This document shows, in pieces, positions 1 through 9,373 of a stretch of 64,000 bases of DNA (the stretch's first letter is position 1; the number at the start of each line of letters is the position of its first letter). The notes under the pieces are model-generated. The model searched no databases, was not told the DNA's origin, and worked only from the letters and a program-made list of their open reading frames with translations. The stretch is from an uncultured delta proteobacterium. GTDB lineage: Bacteria > Myxococcota > B64-G9. Where the stretch lies: assembly GCA_963754925.1 (NCBI GenBank), contig CAVWHX010000004.1, positions 192,001 to 256,000 on the forward strand, in the 5' to 3' direction. A program made the translations under genes and the position numbers.

Positions 1-23
1 CAACAGCTATTTACATTCAACGC

Positions 24-1277
24 TTGGATACCAATCACCGGTACGATTCGAGCAGGACCACATTGGCCACGAGACTCTCTTACAAAAGGCTTGCTAAATG
101 GGGGGCACTACAATGGTACTCTGCATATGGTCAGATTCTTGTAGGTTTTTTCTTTCTATTGTTTTTATATGATCTTCTCAGAACTGAACGGGGAAAGATT
201 TTATTTTCTATGAAAATAGCGATTCGATGGTCGATTTATCTTTTCCTGATAGCAGCTTCCTACGGTACCGGGCTCGCAATTGCCTGTCTGTCTCCTATTG
301 CAATAGTTATTATTCTCTGGAAAAATGATAGGAAATGGGATTTTGCCGCGTCGATGCTTCCTGTTATTGCGGTAATTCTGTTATTATATATCTTCAAAGA
401 CTCAATTTACTTTTTTTTCAGCGGAGAAGCTCAGCATACGGTTCAGGATACAGAACCTCTTGCATTAGGTGCTGCTTTGAGTTATTACAGAGTCATTCTG
501 GAAATGTTTTTGAGGATGTGTGCGTACGCCATTTATTGCATGGCTGCTTTTCCCTTGCTTTTTTTATCTTCATCAATGGAATACCCGATTACGGCAATGT
601 TCATATCAATTCCTGTTGTAATGCTTTTTATTTTTATGTTTTTACGTTCTAAAGAATACAGACTCGGGCATTATGCTGTTTTAAGTATATTTTTTATCGG
701 ACTAATAGGACTGACCGCATACGGACGGGCTCCGATGTATAACATTTTTAATATTTCTATAAGTTCTGCCTCTTTAATACCTCGGTATTATTATAGTATT
801 TTCATTGTCGTCGTCTTAATACTTGTTTTGATGGCCGATAAACTCCTAGATATTTTCCCAAAAATATCAAAAATAATACTACCATCTGTTTTTATTGTAA
901 TCGCCCTTTCTATTTATCCCAGTATTGATCTTTCGAAAAGAATTGAGTTTGTGAATACATCAGTACCTGAAAAGAAAATTTATTTAAATACAATCGCCGA
1001 TATTGAAAAAACAATTATGGCACATCCAAAAGGTTCCTCTGTTTTTATTGATAACCAACTGAATGATCATTTTTATATTTTTCTCCCTTCGGATACTGAT
1101 TTCCCCGGTAAAGCTGCCGTATTCTCCATCAAATACCCGAATAATACGGTTGAAGGCAGAAGAGTTTATTTTATTGAAAACGACTGCAGTGTTGCAGATA
1201 AGAATATTGAGAAAAAAAAGTGGCGTATTTCGTCACTAATTGTTTCTGCATGTGATTTAGACAAGAAAAGTAACTAA
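24..1277 (+). CDS. AT-rich polytopic membrane protein, probably 5'-truncated by the window edge (possibly GT-C-like or surface-glycan related)
   Basis: 417-aa ORF with many hydrophobic segments and a soluble C-terminal tail; visibly AT-richer than the rest of the window. Confidence 0.6.
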   Translation: MDTNHRYDSSRTTLATRLSYKRLAKWGALQWYSAYGQILVGFFFLLFLYDLLRTERGKILFSMKIAIRWSIYLFLIAASYGTGLAIACLSPIAIVIILWKNDRKWDFAASMLPVIAVILLLYIFKDSIYFFFSGEAQHTVQDTEPLALGAALSYYRVILEMFLRMCAYAIYCMAAFPLLFLSSSMEYPITAMFISIPVVMLFIFMFLRSKEYRLGHYAVLSIFFIGLIGLTAYGRAPMYNIFNISISSASLIPRYYYSIFIVVVLILVLMADKLLDIFPKISKIILPSVFIVIALSIYPSIDLSKRIEFVNTSVPEKKIYLNTIADIEKTIMAHPKGSSVFIDNQLNDHFYIFLPSDTDFPGKAAVFSIKYPNNTVEGRRVYFIENDCSVADKNIEKKKWRISSLIVSACDLDKKSN

Positions 1278-1304
1278 TTACTGGTGACGGATTGTCCAAC
1301 ACCA

Positions 1305-1451
1305 ACTTCCGCCAGCGCCGCATACTAGAATTCGAAGCCTTCAGATGAGAACCAAAACGCCCTAAATAACGCTTGCGATATTCGATGGAGCTAACATCGG
1401 CAACCAGCGAGAGCACGTGCTCGGCCAGATACGGCGCGAGCTGATCCGGAT
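1305..1451 (-). pseudogene. Remnant of the 3' end of a SAM-dependent methyltransferase paralogue
   Basis: Aligns by eye to 1758-1905: LAPYLAEHVLSLVADVSSIEYRKRYLGR versus LAQYLAERGFSLVTDVDSIEYRKRYLGR; frameshifted and has no 5' part. Confidence 0.8.
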
Positions 1452-1687
1452 CGGGCGAACGGTGAGTTTGCGATTGTCGTTGCGGACACATGGCAAAAGC
1501 GTGGCATTGGGACGAGACTGATGAATGCCTTGATAAGACGCCTTCAGGTAAGCGGGTAAAACAAATCTCTGGCTCCGTGCTTAAATGCAACTCGGCCATG
1601 CTCAAGTTCGTCAAGCAAATGGGCTTTGCAGAAACTAATATTCCTGACGATCTGTCAACCGTGTTGATCACAAAGCATCTGGATTAG
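1443..1687 (+). pseudogene. Fragment of a GNAT acetyltransferase domain (Pat/acyl-CoA synthetase C-terminal type)
   Basis: Reads DPDRANGEFAIVVADTWQKRGIGTRLMNAL, then shifts frame to ISGSVLKCNSAMLKFVKQMGF; QxRGIG acetyl-CoA motif and NxAM..GF motif; no start codon. Confidence 0.7.
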
Positions 1688-1741
1688 CAGGATCGAACGC
1701 CGCGGATATCGTGGTCGGATTAGACGTTGCAACCGGTCCCG

Positions 1742-2632
1742 TTACGGCGAACCGCGCACTTCCGCCAGCGCCGCGTGGTAAAACTCGAAGCCCTTCGGAT
1801 GGGGCCCGGAACGTCCCAAATACCGCTTGCGATATTCGATGGAGTCAACATCGGTGACCAGCGAGAACCCGCGCTCGGCCAAATACTGCGCAAGCTCATC
1901 CGGATGAAAACCAAAGGTCCACGTTTCACCGGATTTCGTGAGGGTGCTCGGTATGCGTCTCAGATCCCCAAAATGAACCGAACCATCCAGCAGACCGCGG
2001 TGAATGTACGTAAATACGAGCCGACTCCCGGGCGCGGACAGAGATGCAATCGAGCGCAGCGTCAGATCAACGGCCCCTGCCGAAAGATAGTGTATGACCC
2101 CCTCCCAGATAAAGAAGGTCGCTATGTTCCGATCAAACCCCGACGTCCTGAGCACCGCCGCAAAGTCTTGCCGATCGAAATCCACTCCCACAAAGGTAAC
2201 ATATGCTGGAATTACGCTCAGCAGATGCTTCAAGTGCTTTACTTTCACGTCAAGGGTGCTCGGATGGTCGATTTCGAACACGCGGGTCCGCTCGATGCCG
2301 GCTATTCGGTAGGCGCGACAATCATACCCAACACCGAGGATCACGACCTGACAAATGCCGTCGCGGAGAGCGGCGCGGAGCTGGTCGTCGATCCAACAGG
2401 TGCGACCGATGGCCGAAGGTCGCACCCCGGGCCATTTTCTATCGATGTACCAGGGCACTAACCGGCCGAGCAATGGTAACCGAGAGAGACGGTAGGCGTA
2501 CGTTAATCGACCAAGAAATCCCGGAGAAAGAGAGTCCTCGAAGAGACGCTTATGCCGCGGGCGCCGCGACGACTCAATGGCGCGAAACAGGGCGTTATAC
2601 TCCGCTGTTTTGCTTGCTTCTCCGGGTTTCAT
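1742..2632 (-). CDS. Class I SAM-dependent methyltransferase (leucine carboxyl methyltransferase-like)
   Basis: Motifs SKTAEYNALFRA, RTCWID, QVVILGVGYDCRAYR, FEIDHP, WEGVIHYL. Confidence 0.9.
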   Translation of the reverse strand: MKPGEASKTAEYNALFRAIESSRRPRHKRLFEDSLSPGFLGRLTYAYRLSRLPLLGRLVPWYIDRKWPGVRPSAIGRTCWIDDQLRAALRDGICQVVILGVGYDCRAYRIAGIERTRVFEIDHPSTLDVKVKHLKHLLSVIPAYVTFVGVDFDRQDFAAVLRTSGFDRNIATFFIWEGVIHYLSAGAVDLTLRSIASLSAPGSRLVFTYIHRGLLDGSVHFGDLRRIPSTLTKSGETWTFGFHPDELAQYLAERGFSLVTDVDSIEYRKRYLGRSGPHPKGFEFYHAALAEVRGSP

Positions 2633-2811
2633 AAGCCGTACCGTTTCCTGACCGATACTACTATCGTCAGCATTCTGAGAGAAGTTCTTATGGTTGATGT
2701 CCTATCATAACGAGTACCACGGCGCACCATTAGATTTCTCTTAACGGGAGCGAATACATCCCGGAGATAGGACAAGTTGACCGTTTCTGCGCGATCATCT
2801 AGATTCTAGAC

Positions 2812-4573
2812 ATGGCTTCTGGTCCGTGGTTTCAGCCAGCATTGGGATTTCTTATAGTGGGACTCGTGGCATCGGGCATCGTTTGGCGGCGTTTGAGCCT
2901 CCAACGAGCCAGTCAGGTTTTCTTTACCGCCGTATTCATTTCCTTCCTGTGGCTCGCGGCGTTCAACGGACGCCCCGACTGGCCGGTCGATGCTTTTATC
3001 AAGACCGATCCGCTCTTGCTCTTTGCCACTGCCCTGGCCACCCGCACGCTGCTCACCGGCATGTGGATTGCTGCAGCGTTCGTCATCCTGGCAACAGTGA
3101 TGGGAAGGATATATTGCAGTCATATCTGTCCGCTCGGAACGCTCATTGACGTCAACGATAAACTCATCAGCCGCCAATCCAAGGCTTCGGCAAACCACAG
3201 CGCGTATCGAACCATCCGTCATGCAAAAACCGTCATACTGGTAATAACTATCGTTGCGGCCGGAGCCGGTGTCAATCTGTTGGGCTTATGCGATCCGCTG
3301 GCGATGGTTACGCGTTTTACAGCGATGGTGTTGTACCCCTTCGTCATGATCTTTCAAGACATCGGCTTAACGGTGCTGCGACCGATTGCGAGCTTCTTAG
3401 GGTTGACTGAGCTAAGTTACGCAGAGTTAATTCTGCCGTCGTTTGCGGGAGCGCTGGTCATGATGTTGCTCTTGGTCGGACTGTTGGCGCTCTCGCTTCT
3501 CACGCCGCGCTTTTGGTGTCGCTACCTGTGCCCGCTGGGCGCGCTGCTTGGCTGGCTGGGGCACTTCGCTCCCTATCGGCGTCGGGTCACCGACGTCTGC
3601 AGCGGCTGCGACCGATGCGTGCGCGAGTGCCCCACCGCAGCAATTCACCAGGATGGCGTGTGCTACGACAAGCGCGAGTGCATCGTGTGCCTGCGCTGCA
3701 CACGCAGCTGCCCTGAGAAGTCGGTTTCATTTTAACTTTGGTCTAAAAAACAAAATCCAGGAAGTTGGCGGTCCAATCCTCCGGCGACGTGCCTTCTTGG
3801 GCGGCGTAGCCGGCGGGATTGCAGTCGGCCTGGGAATGCATGCCGACCTGTTGCATTCCGCCGGGGCGCTCACACCGCTGCCCCTGCGGCACCCGACGCT
3901 GATTCGTCCGCCCGGCGCGTTGCCCGAACCGGAGTTTCTGGCGCGCTGCGTGCGGTGTGGGGAGTGTCTGCGCGCCTGTTTGACCAACACGCTCCAACCG
4001 GATTGGTACCGCGCCGGTCTCGAAGGCCTGTGGGCGCCCAGGCTGCACCTGCGGCATGCGGCTTGCGAGCAAACCTGCAATGTCTGCGGCCAGGTCTGTC
4101 CAACGGGCGCCATACGAAATCTTAGCCTGATCGAGAAGCAATACGCCAAAGTGGGCACGGCGGTATTGTTGCGCGACCGGTGCCTAGCCTGGGCCCAGAA
4201 CAAACGCTGCCAGATCTGCGACGAGCAGTGCCCCTACAACGCCATCGTGACCATCCGAGAATCTCAGCACGTGGTGGGGGTTCCGGTGATTATTCCAGAC
4301 AAATGTAATGGCTGCGGTCAGTGTGAAAACAAGTGTCCGGTGCTCGGTGAATCTGCCATTATTGTTTCGCCCCACGGCGAGTTGCGACTAACGGAAGGTT
4401 CGTACATGGCCAAGGCCAAGGAACTCGGTCTGGAGTTCGAAGCCAAGCAGACGCTTCACGATCAAATCTGGGATGAGCCGCCCGCTCAAGAACCGATATC
4501 GCCGAACGATGCGGCGGCCCCCGCTGGCTCAAAGGCCGGTTCGAAGCTACCACCGGGAATCATTCCTCAATAA
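2812..4573 (+). CDS. Membrane-bound polyferredoxin (NapH/MauN-like membrane part fused to NapG/MauM-like 4Fe-4S part), one frameshift near 3730
   Basis: GRIYCSHICPLG, RFWCRYLCPLG, several CxxCxxCxxxCP motifs, IRPPGA; removing one T from TCATTTTAAC joins ORFs 2812-3735 and 3548-4573. Confidence 0.8.
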
Positions 4574-4654
4574 ATGTCGACCGTGCGTGCAACTAATACG
4601 AAAGTCTTTCAAGTCCAGGCCGCTCCAATTCCAGCGCCAACTACCTGACCAGGC

Positions 4655-4683
4655 TTGACTCGATCGCAAGGTTTCAATACTAT
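4655..4683 (+). promoter_or_regulatory. sigma70-type promoter for the glg operon
   Basis: TTGACT-N17-TACTAT. Confidence 0.65.
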
Positions 4684-4694
4684 GATGATAGTTA

Positions 4695-4823
4695 ACACCC
4701 GGCCGACAGGCGGGAACCTGAGGTGACTCGTGGACCTGGTTTGCGGGCGGCCTAAATACCAACACAAGACCTGCAGGATCGACTTGAGCTGTATGGGTGG
4801 AATGATGAGCCTGTGGCCCGTGT
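4695..4823 (+). ncRNA. Candidate structured 5' leader (cis-regulatory RNA)
   Basis: Ends pair (ACACCCGGCCGACAGGC with GCCTGTGGCCCGTGT); internal GTGA-tetraloop hairpin and TTTGCGGG/CCTGCAGG stem; closes directly before the GAGGAG Shine-Dalgarno. Confidence 0.4.
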
Positions 4824-4832
4824 GAGGAGTGC

Positions 4833-6110
4833 ATGCGCGATGTGATAGCCATGGTGTTAGCCGGCGGACGGGTTGAAGAGCTTTCGGTGCTCACCTTGAA
4901 AAGACCAAAGGCGGCGGTACCGTTTGGTGGTCAGTACCGAATCATCGACTTCTCGCTGTCGACGTTGGTCCATGCTGAAATCGAACGGATCGGTGTCGTC
5001 AGCCTCTACCGACCGTCGTCGCTCATCGATCATATCGGCACCGGCGAACCATGGGATCTGATGGGTCGGGGGCGCGGTATCAAAATACTGCCGCCGTACA
5101 AGGCGGAAGAGGACAGCCAGTGGTACCGCGGAACGGCCGATGCAGTTTTTCAAAATCTTTTCTTTATCCGCGCCCAAGCTCCCCGCGACGTACTGGTGGT
5201 ATCAGGCGATCACATCTGCGGAGTCGACTTCCGCGCCATGTTGCAAAAACACCGTGAATCAGGCGCCGATCTCACCATGGCCGTCAAGCCGATGGACCCC
5301 GAGATCGGCCGCGGTCGGTTTGGTTTTGCCGAAGTTGATGACAACGGAAAAGTAATCACCTATGAGGAGAAACCCGAACAGCCTCGTTCCAATCTAGCCT
5401 CGCTGACGATGTACCTGTTTCGCACCGAAGCGCTGGTGCAACGTCTCGAAGAAAACCGCCGCACGGGCACCACCCACCAGCTGTACGATGAAGTGTTGCC
5501 GCGTATGGTCGAGAAGGACCGGGTGTTCTCCTACTGCTATAAAGGGTATTGGAACTACACGCGCTCGGTTGACGCGTATCACCAGGCCAATATGGATCTC
5601 CTGGGCGACGAACCGCCGATTCGCCTGGACCGCTGGGGTATTCGCTCACGCCCGCATACCAAGGGATTGGGCGATCTGCCGCCGACGCGAATCGATCGTG
5701 GCGCAACCTGCATTGACTCGGTTGTCTCTCCGGGGGTGTGGGTATCCGGTACGGTGACCCGATCGGTTCTCAGTCCCGGCGTACGCATTGAAACCGGAGC
5801 TGTCGTCAGCGACAGCGTCCTGATGCACAGCGTCGTGGTGCGCTCCGGCGCACGATTGGATCGAGTGGTAGCGGATAAGCTGGTCTCGATCGGGACGAGC
5901 GCCTCCGTTGGCTCGGGGGAAGTAACGGTTCCGAACGCCGAAGTGCCCAACGCCTTGGCGAGTGGCATCACCGTCATCGGCAAGGGGGCGCAGGTGCCGA
6001 CAAACGCTCGCGTCGGTCGTAACTGCGCCATTTATCCCGATATCACTCAATCAGATTGGCAAAGCAGCTGGCTGCAAAACGGCGCCTGTTTGCATACCAC
6101 ACAAAGGTGA
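4833..6110 (+). CDS. glgD: Glucose-1-phosphate adenylyltransferase family protein, GlgD-like subunit
   Basis: AVPFGGQYRIIDF, WYRGTADA, SGDH, EEKP and beta-helix C-terminus; the GxGTRL loop is replaced by GGRVEEL. Confidence 0.7.
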   Translation: MRDVIAMVLAGGRVEELSVLTLKRPKAAVPFGGQYRIIDFSLSTLVHAEIERIGVVSLYRPSSLIDHIGTGEPWDLMGRGRGIKILPPYKAEEDSQWYRGTADAVFQNLFFIRAQAPRDVLVVSGDHICGVDFRAMLQKHRESGADLTMAVKPMDPEIGRGRFGFAEVDDNGKVITYEEKPEQPRSNLASLTMYLFRTEALVQRLEENRRTGTTHQLYDEVLPRMVEKDRVFSYCYKGYWNYTRSVDAYHQANMDLLGDEPPIRLDRWGIRSRPHTKGLGDLPPTRIDRGATCIDSVVSPGVWVSGTVTRSVLSPGVRIETGAVVSDSVLMHSVVVRSGARLDRVVADKLVSIGTSASVGSGEVTVPNAEVPNALASGITVIGKGAQVPTNARVGRNCAIYPDITQSDWQSSWLQNGACLHTTQR

Positions 6111-6117
6111 GGATTCA

Positions 6118-7542
6118 ATGGCTCGGAGCAAACGAGGCGAAAAACCCGGCAACCGTCGGAGGAGCAAGCGTTCCGCCCCTGACGGTGCCACCAGCACCAA
6201 TGCTGAGACGCCCACAGAAACCGAAGGGTATCGGCCGACGCTGATTGAAGGAGTACAACGAGTGAACAAACCACTGGTGATGCTCTTGGCTGGCGGAGGC
6301 GGTACGCGCCTTGGCGTGCTGGTCCAGAACCGAGCCAAACCGGCGGTGCCCTTTGGCGGTTGCTATCGCATCATTGATTTTGCACTGAGCAACGTCATGC
6401 ACGCCGGCCTGGATTGGGTCGGCGTACTCACCCAGTATAAACCGCTCTCGCTGATGTCCCATATTGGAGTCGGCGAGCCGTGGAACTTCTATGGTCGCCA
6501 ACGCGGCACACGCATCCTACCGCCGCGCACCGGCGAAGCGGCCGCCGATTGGTATCAGGGGACCGCCGACGCCATTTGGCAGAATATTGACTTCATGGAA
6601 TCAATGCGACCGGAACGCGTTCTGATCCTCTCGGGCGATCATATCTATCGTATGGACTACCGCCAGATGTTGATCGATCACCTCGACCGCAAAGCCGACG
6701 CGACGATTGCCGTGATGGAGGTAGCGCCTGAGGAGGTCAGCCGTTTTGGGATGATTTGGACCGACCACCAGGGAAATATCACCCGTTTCGAAGAGAAACC
6801 GAAAAAGACTGAAACACGCCAAGCCTCGATGGGCATTTACCTGTTTGAATGGCCGTGCCTTATGCAAGCGCTGCGCGATATTGTCGGAACACGACAAGGG
6901 GTGGATTTCGGCCACGACATCATGCCCCGTATCCTGGATTCCAAGCGTATCGTGGCCCACCGGTTCGCGGGGTACTGGCGCGACGTTGGCACCATTGCAT
7001 CCTTTTTCCAAGCCAACATGGACTCTCTCGATCCACACAGCGGCCTCAATTTGGACTCATGGGAGATCTGCACCCGCGATGACAACAACCTGCTCGGCGA
7101 CAGGCCGCCGGCGCGGTTCGGCCGTATGGCGGCCTGCCACGACGTGCTCGTATCGGCCGGTTGCCGACTCGATGGGTCGGTGAGCCGCACGATTTGCTCG
7201 CCGGACGTTTCCATTTGCCGCGGGGCGAGCGTTGAGGATTCTATCTTAATGCACGGGGTCACGGTTGGGCCGGGAGCGGTGGTACGCCAGGCTATCGTCG
7301 ACAAGGGAGTGTGGATCGGCGCCGGCGCCACCCTCGACGGCGGGGATAACTCGGTCAACAATCAAGAATACCAGAAGTGCGAGCTGCACGGCATGGTCGT
7401 AGTTGGCAATAGCGTGCGCATTCCGGATGGCATTCGTATCGGACCGAATGTCGTGATCGAGGCCGGAACCGGCGCACCAGCGTTTCACGGCGACGTCAAG
7501 GCCGGCGCGACGGTCCGCAACCCAAACAAAACCGCGAGTTAA
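6118..7542 (+). CDS. glgC: Glucose-1-phosphate adenylyltransferase
   Basis: LAGGGGTRL, RAKPAVPFGG, WYQGTADA, SGDHIY, FEEKP, DFGHD, YWRDVGT; ATG at 6118 with GAGGA SD. Confidence 0.9.
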   Translation: MARSKRGEKPGNRRRSKRSAPDGATSTNAETPTETEGYRPTLIEGVQRVNKPLVMLLAGGGGTRLGVLVQNRAKPAVPFGGCYRIIDFALSNVMHAGLDWVGVLTQYKPLSLMSHIGVGEPWNFYGRQRGTRILPPRTGEAAADWYQGTADAIWQNIDFMESMRPERVLILSGDHIYRMDYRQMLIDHLDRKADATIAVMEVAPEEVSRFGMIWTDHQGNITRFEEKPKKTETRQASMGIYLFEWPCLMQALRDIVGTRQGVDFGHDIMPRILDSKRIVAHRFAGYWRDVGTIASFFQANMDSLDPHSGLNLDSWEICTRDDNNLLGDRPPARFGRMAACHDVLVSAGCRLDGSVSRTICSPDVSICRGASVEDSILMHGVTVGPGAVVRQAIVDKGVWIGAGATLDGGDNSVNNQEYQKCELHGMVVVGNSVRIPDGIRIGPNVVIEAGTGAPAFHGDVKAGATVRNPNKTAS

Positions 7543-7567
7543 TCTTCTGCAGCACACAAGCCTTAGG

Positions 7568-7596
7568 TTGACAGCATGAGAAGCTGTTGCTATTCT
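7568..7596 (+). promoter_or_regulatory. sigma70-type promoter
   Basis: TTGACA-N17-TATTCT upstream of the FHA gene. Confidence 0.55.
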
Positions 7597-7659
7597 TGAA
7601 AATAATGTCGGGTTCATGGGTGGGTTTTTGTTATTCCCAATCGTAGGGCAGGAGGCGAG

Positions 7660-8358
7660 ATGGCTCCCTCTCACTCGAAACCGCATGAGATTTCCATTTC
7701 AGACAATCTCTGGGAGGTCTTTACCAAAATAGCCGAATATGCGGGCACAGCCATGGAGACGTTAATCAACCAGGCTATGTTTGAAATGGCGGTTAAGCTC
7801 GGCTACATCACACCGATTGCCTATGAAGCCAAACCACCCCTCAGCGAGGAAGAGCTGAGAAAAGCAAGCCCTACCGATACGTTTCCTAAATTCACTCCCG
7901 GGAGAACCAAGGAGCTCCCCAATCCGCCAGCGTCACGACTGTCCATGGGCTCGATACCAACCCCGGCCCCCATACCGGCATCGAAGACTCCGACATTTTC
8001 TTCTATCCCCTCGACGCCGGGCAAACGCCCGCCGCGGCCCTCGCCCCGGGCAACAACGAGTCCGGGAAAATTTGAAGAGAAGGGTCTCTTCGTCGTAAAC
8101 AAAGACGGCGATAGCGAAAAAATCGATAAGGACATCTTCATTATCGGCCGTTCGAGCAAGTGCGACCTCGTGATTAACTCGGTGAAAGTGTCGCGCGAAC
8201 ACGCTATCATCACCCGCGAGCGCGGCGAGTATTTCATAGAAGATCTCGGTTCCGCCAACGGCACCTGGTATCGGGGCGAGCGCATTGAAAAAATAAAGAT
8301 CAACGATGGGGATGAGGTTTTTATTTGCGATGAGAGGTTTACGTTTGTAATGCGCTAG
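7660..8358 (+). CDS. FHA-domain protein with Pro-rich linker and possible N-terminal ribbon-helix-helix
   Basis: IIGRSSKCD, VSREHA, DLGSANGT FHA motifs. Confidence 0.85.
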   Translation: MAPSHSKPHEISISDNLWEVFTKIAEYAGTAMETLINQAMFEMAVKLGYITPIAYEAKPPLSEEELRKASPTDTFPKFTPGRTKELPNPPASRLSMGSIPTPAPIPASKTPTFSSIPSTPGKRPPRPSPRATTSPGKFEEKGLFVVNKDGDSEKIDKDIFIIGRSSKCDLVINSVKVSREHAIITRERGEYFIEDLGSANGTWYRGERIEKIKINDGDEVFICDERFTFVMR

Positions 8359-8366
8359 AGGAGGTT

Positions 8367-8440
8367 CCTTCTCCCGCTCGCGGGAGAAGGCAAGAGATTC
8401 TTGCCTCGTTGAGCGAGGCTTAGAATCTCTTGGATGAGGG
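8367..8440. repeat. REP-like palindrome with a nested 42-bp hairpin module
   Basis: CCTTCTCCCG-CTCG-CGGGAGAAGG, then CAAGAGATTC-TT-GCCTCG..CGAGGC-TTA-GAATCTCTTG (8391-8432), then GATGAGGG; lies between convergent genes. Confidence 0.7.
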
Positions 8441-8453
8441 TGATAGCAAGAGA

Positions 8454-9365
8454 TCAGCGCCGCACCGGCTGAAACTGCGGATTGGTCAGCTTCCCAATGA
8501 CCTTATAAACAATATAACCTTGTTGATCCTGGGCATTGTTCATACCACTTAAGTCGATCACTGCCTGAAACTTCGGATTCTTGGTTAAGAAGCTGGCGGA
8601 AGGCTTGAAGCGCACCCGACAATTCTGAGAAAACTGATCAAAACTCTGAGCCAATAATATATATCCCTCAACGGTAGCTTCAAAATCGTCGGACTGTTGT
8701 TTAAAAGTATTCAGTTCGGCCTTACCCTTATCGAGCTGGAGTTTGATCTGAACTTTGCCAATGCGTACAGGTGGAATGGTGAATCCGCCGCCGGTACTTT
8801 CAGCGATGGTTCCCTCGCCGATGGCAGCGTCATCAAGATCAAACTGGATGGTGCCGGTTGTGGTTTTAAGGTCTCGAGGGGCGAAATCGAGATCAATCGC
8901 AGCTGACACTTTACCCGTAACCTTCATGCCCAGCATATCGGCCAAGAGTGGAAATTTGTTCAGATCCATATGTTCTATCTGAGTACTAAATCGGGAACGT
9001 TCCCCATCGAGGCCGATGGCGCCATCGAGCGAACCCGAAAATAGTTCGCTCGCAAATGATATGTTCCGGTGTCCGATGAGCAACCCCAGCAGTGAGATGC
9101 GCGCCTTCACCCGGTCGAGAAGCATGGTGAATGCCGGCGCATCGTCCCGGCCAGCTTTGATCAGACGCACGTCGGTGGCCTCGACACCATTGGGAAACAA
9201 TACCGACATCGAGCTGGTGGTGATTTTGACGCCGAGGTCGCGCTCGATCGATGACTTCAGGTTATCGGCCAGAATCTGTATCGGGAAACCGCGCACTAAA
9301 AAGAAGACCATGCAAACGAGGAAGAACAGTGAATACAGACTGATGTTGAGGATACGTTTGGGCAT
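8454..9365 (-). CDS. gspN: Type II secretion protein N
   Basis: N-terminal TM (FLVRGFP), beta-rich periplasmic domain, last gene of the T2SS operon. Confidence 0.8.
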   Translation of the reverse strand: MPKRILNISLYSLFFLVCMVFFLVRGFPIQILADNLKSSIERDLGVKITTSSMSVLFPNGVEATDVRLIKAGRDDAPAFTMLLDRVKARISLLGLLIGHRNISFASELFSGSLDGAIGLDGERSRFSTQIEHMDLNKFPLLADMLGMKVTGKVSAAIDLDFAPRDLKTTTGTIQFDLDDAAIGEGTIAESTGGGFTIPPVRIGKVQIKLQLDKGKAELNTFKQQSDDFEATVEGYILLAQSFDQFSQNCRVRFKPSASFLTKNPKFQAVIDLSGMNNAQDQQGYIVYKVIGKLTNPQFQPVRR

Positions 9366-9373
9366 GGTTGGCT

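Noticed and set aside
4695..4823. 6S RNA or SRP RNA
   Set aside because: Shorter than typical 6S, directly abuts an SD and lacks the usual zapA/ygfA context; no SRP GGAA-loop motif
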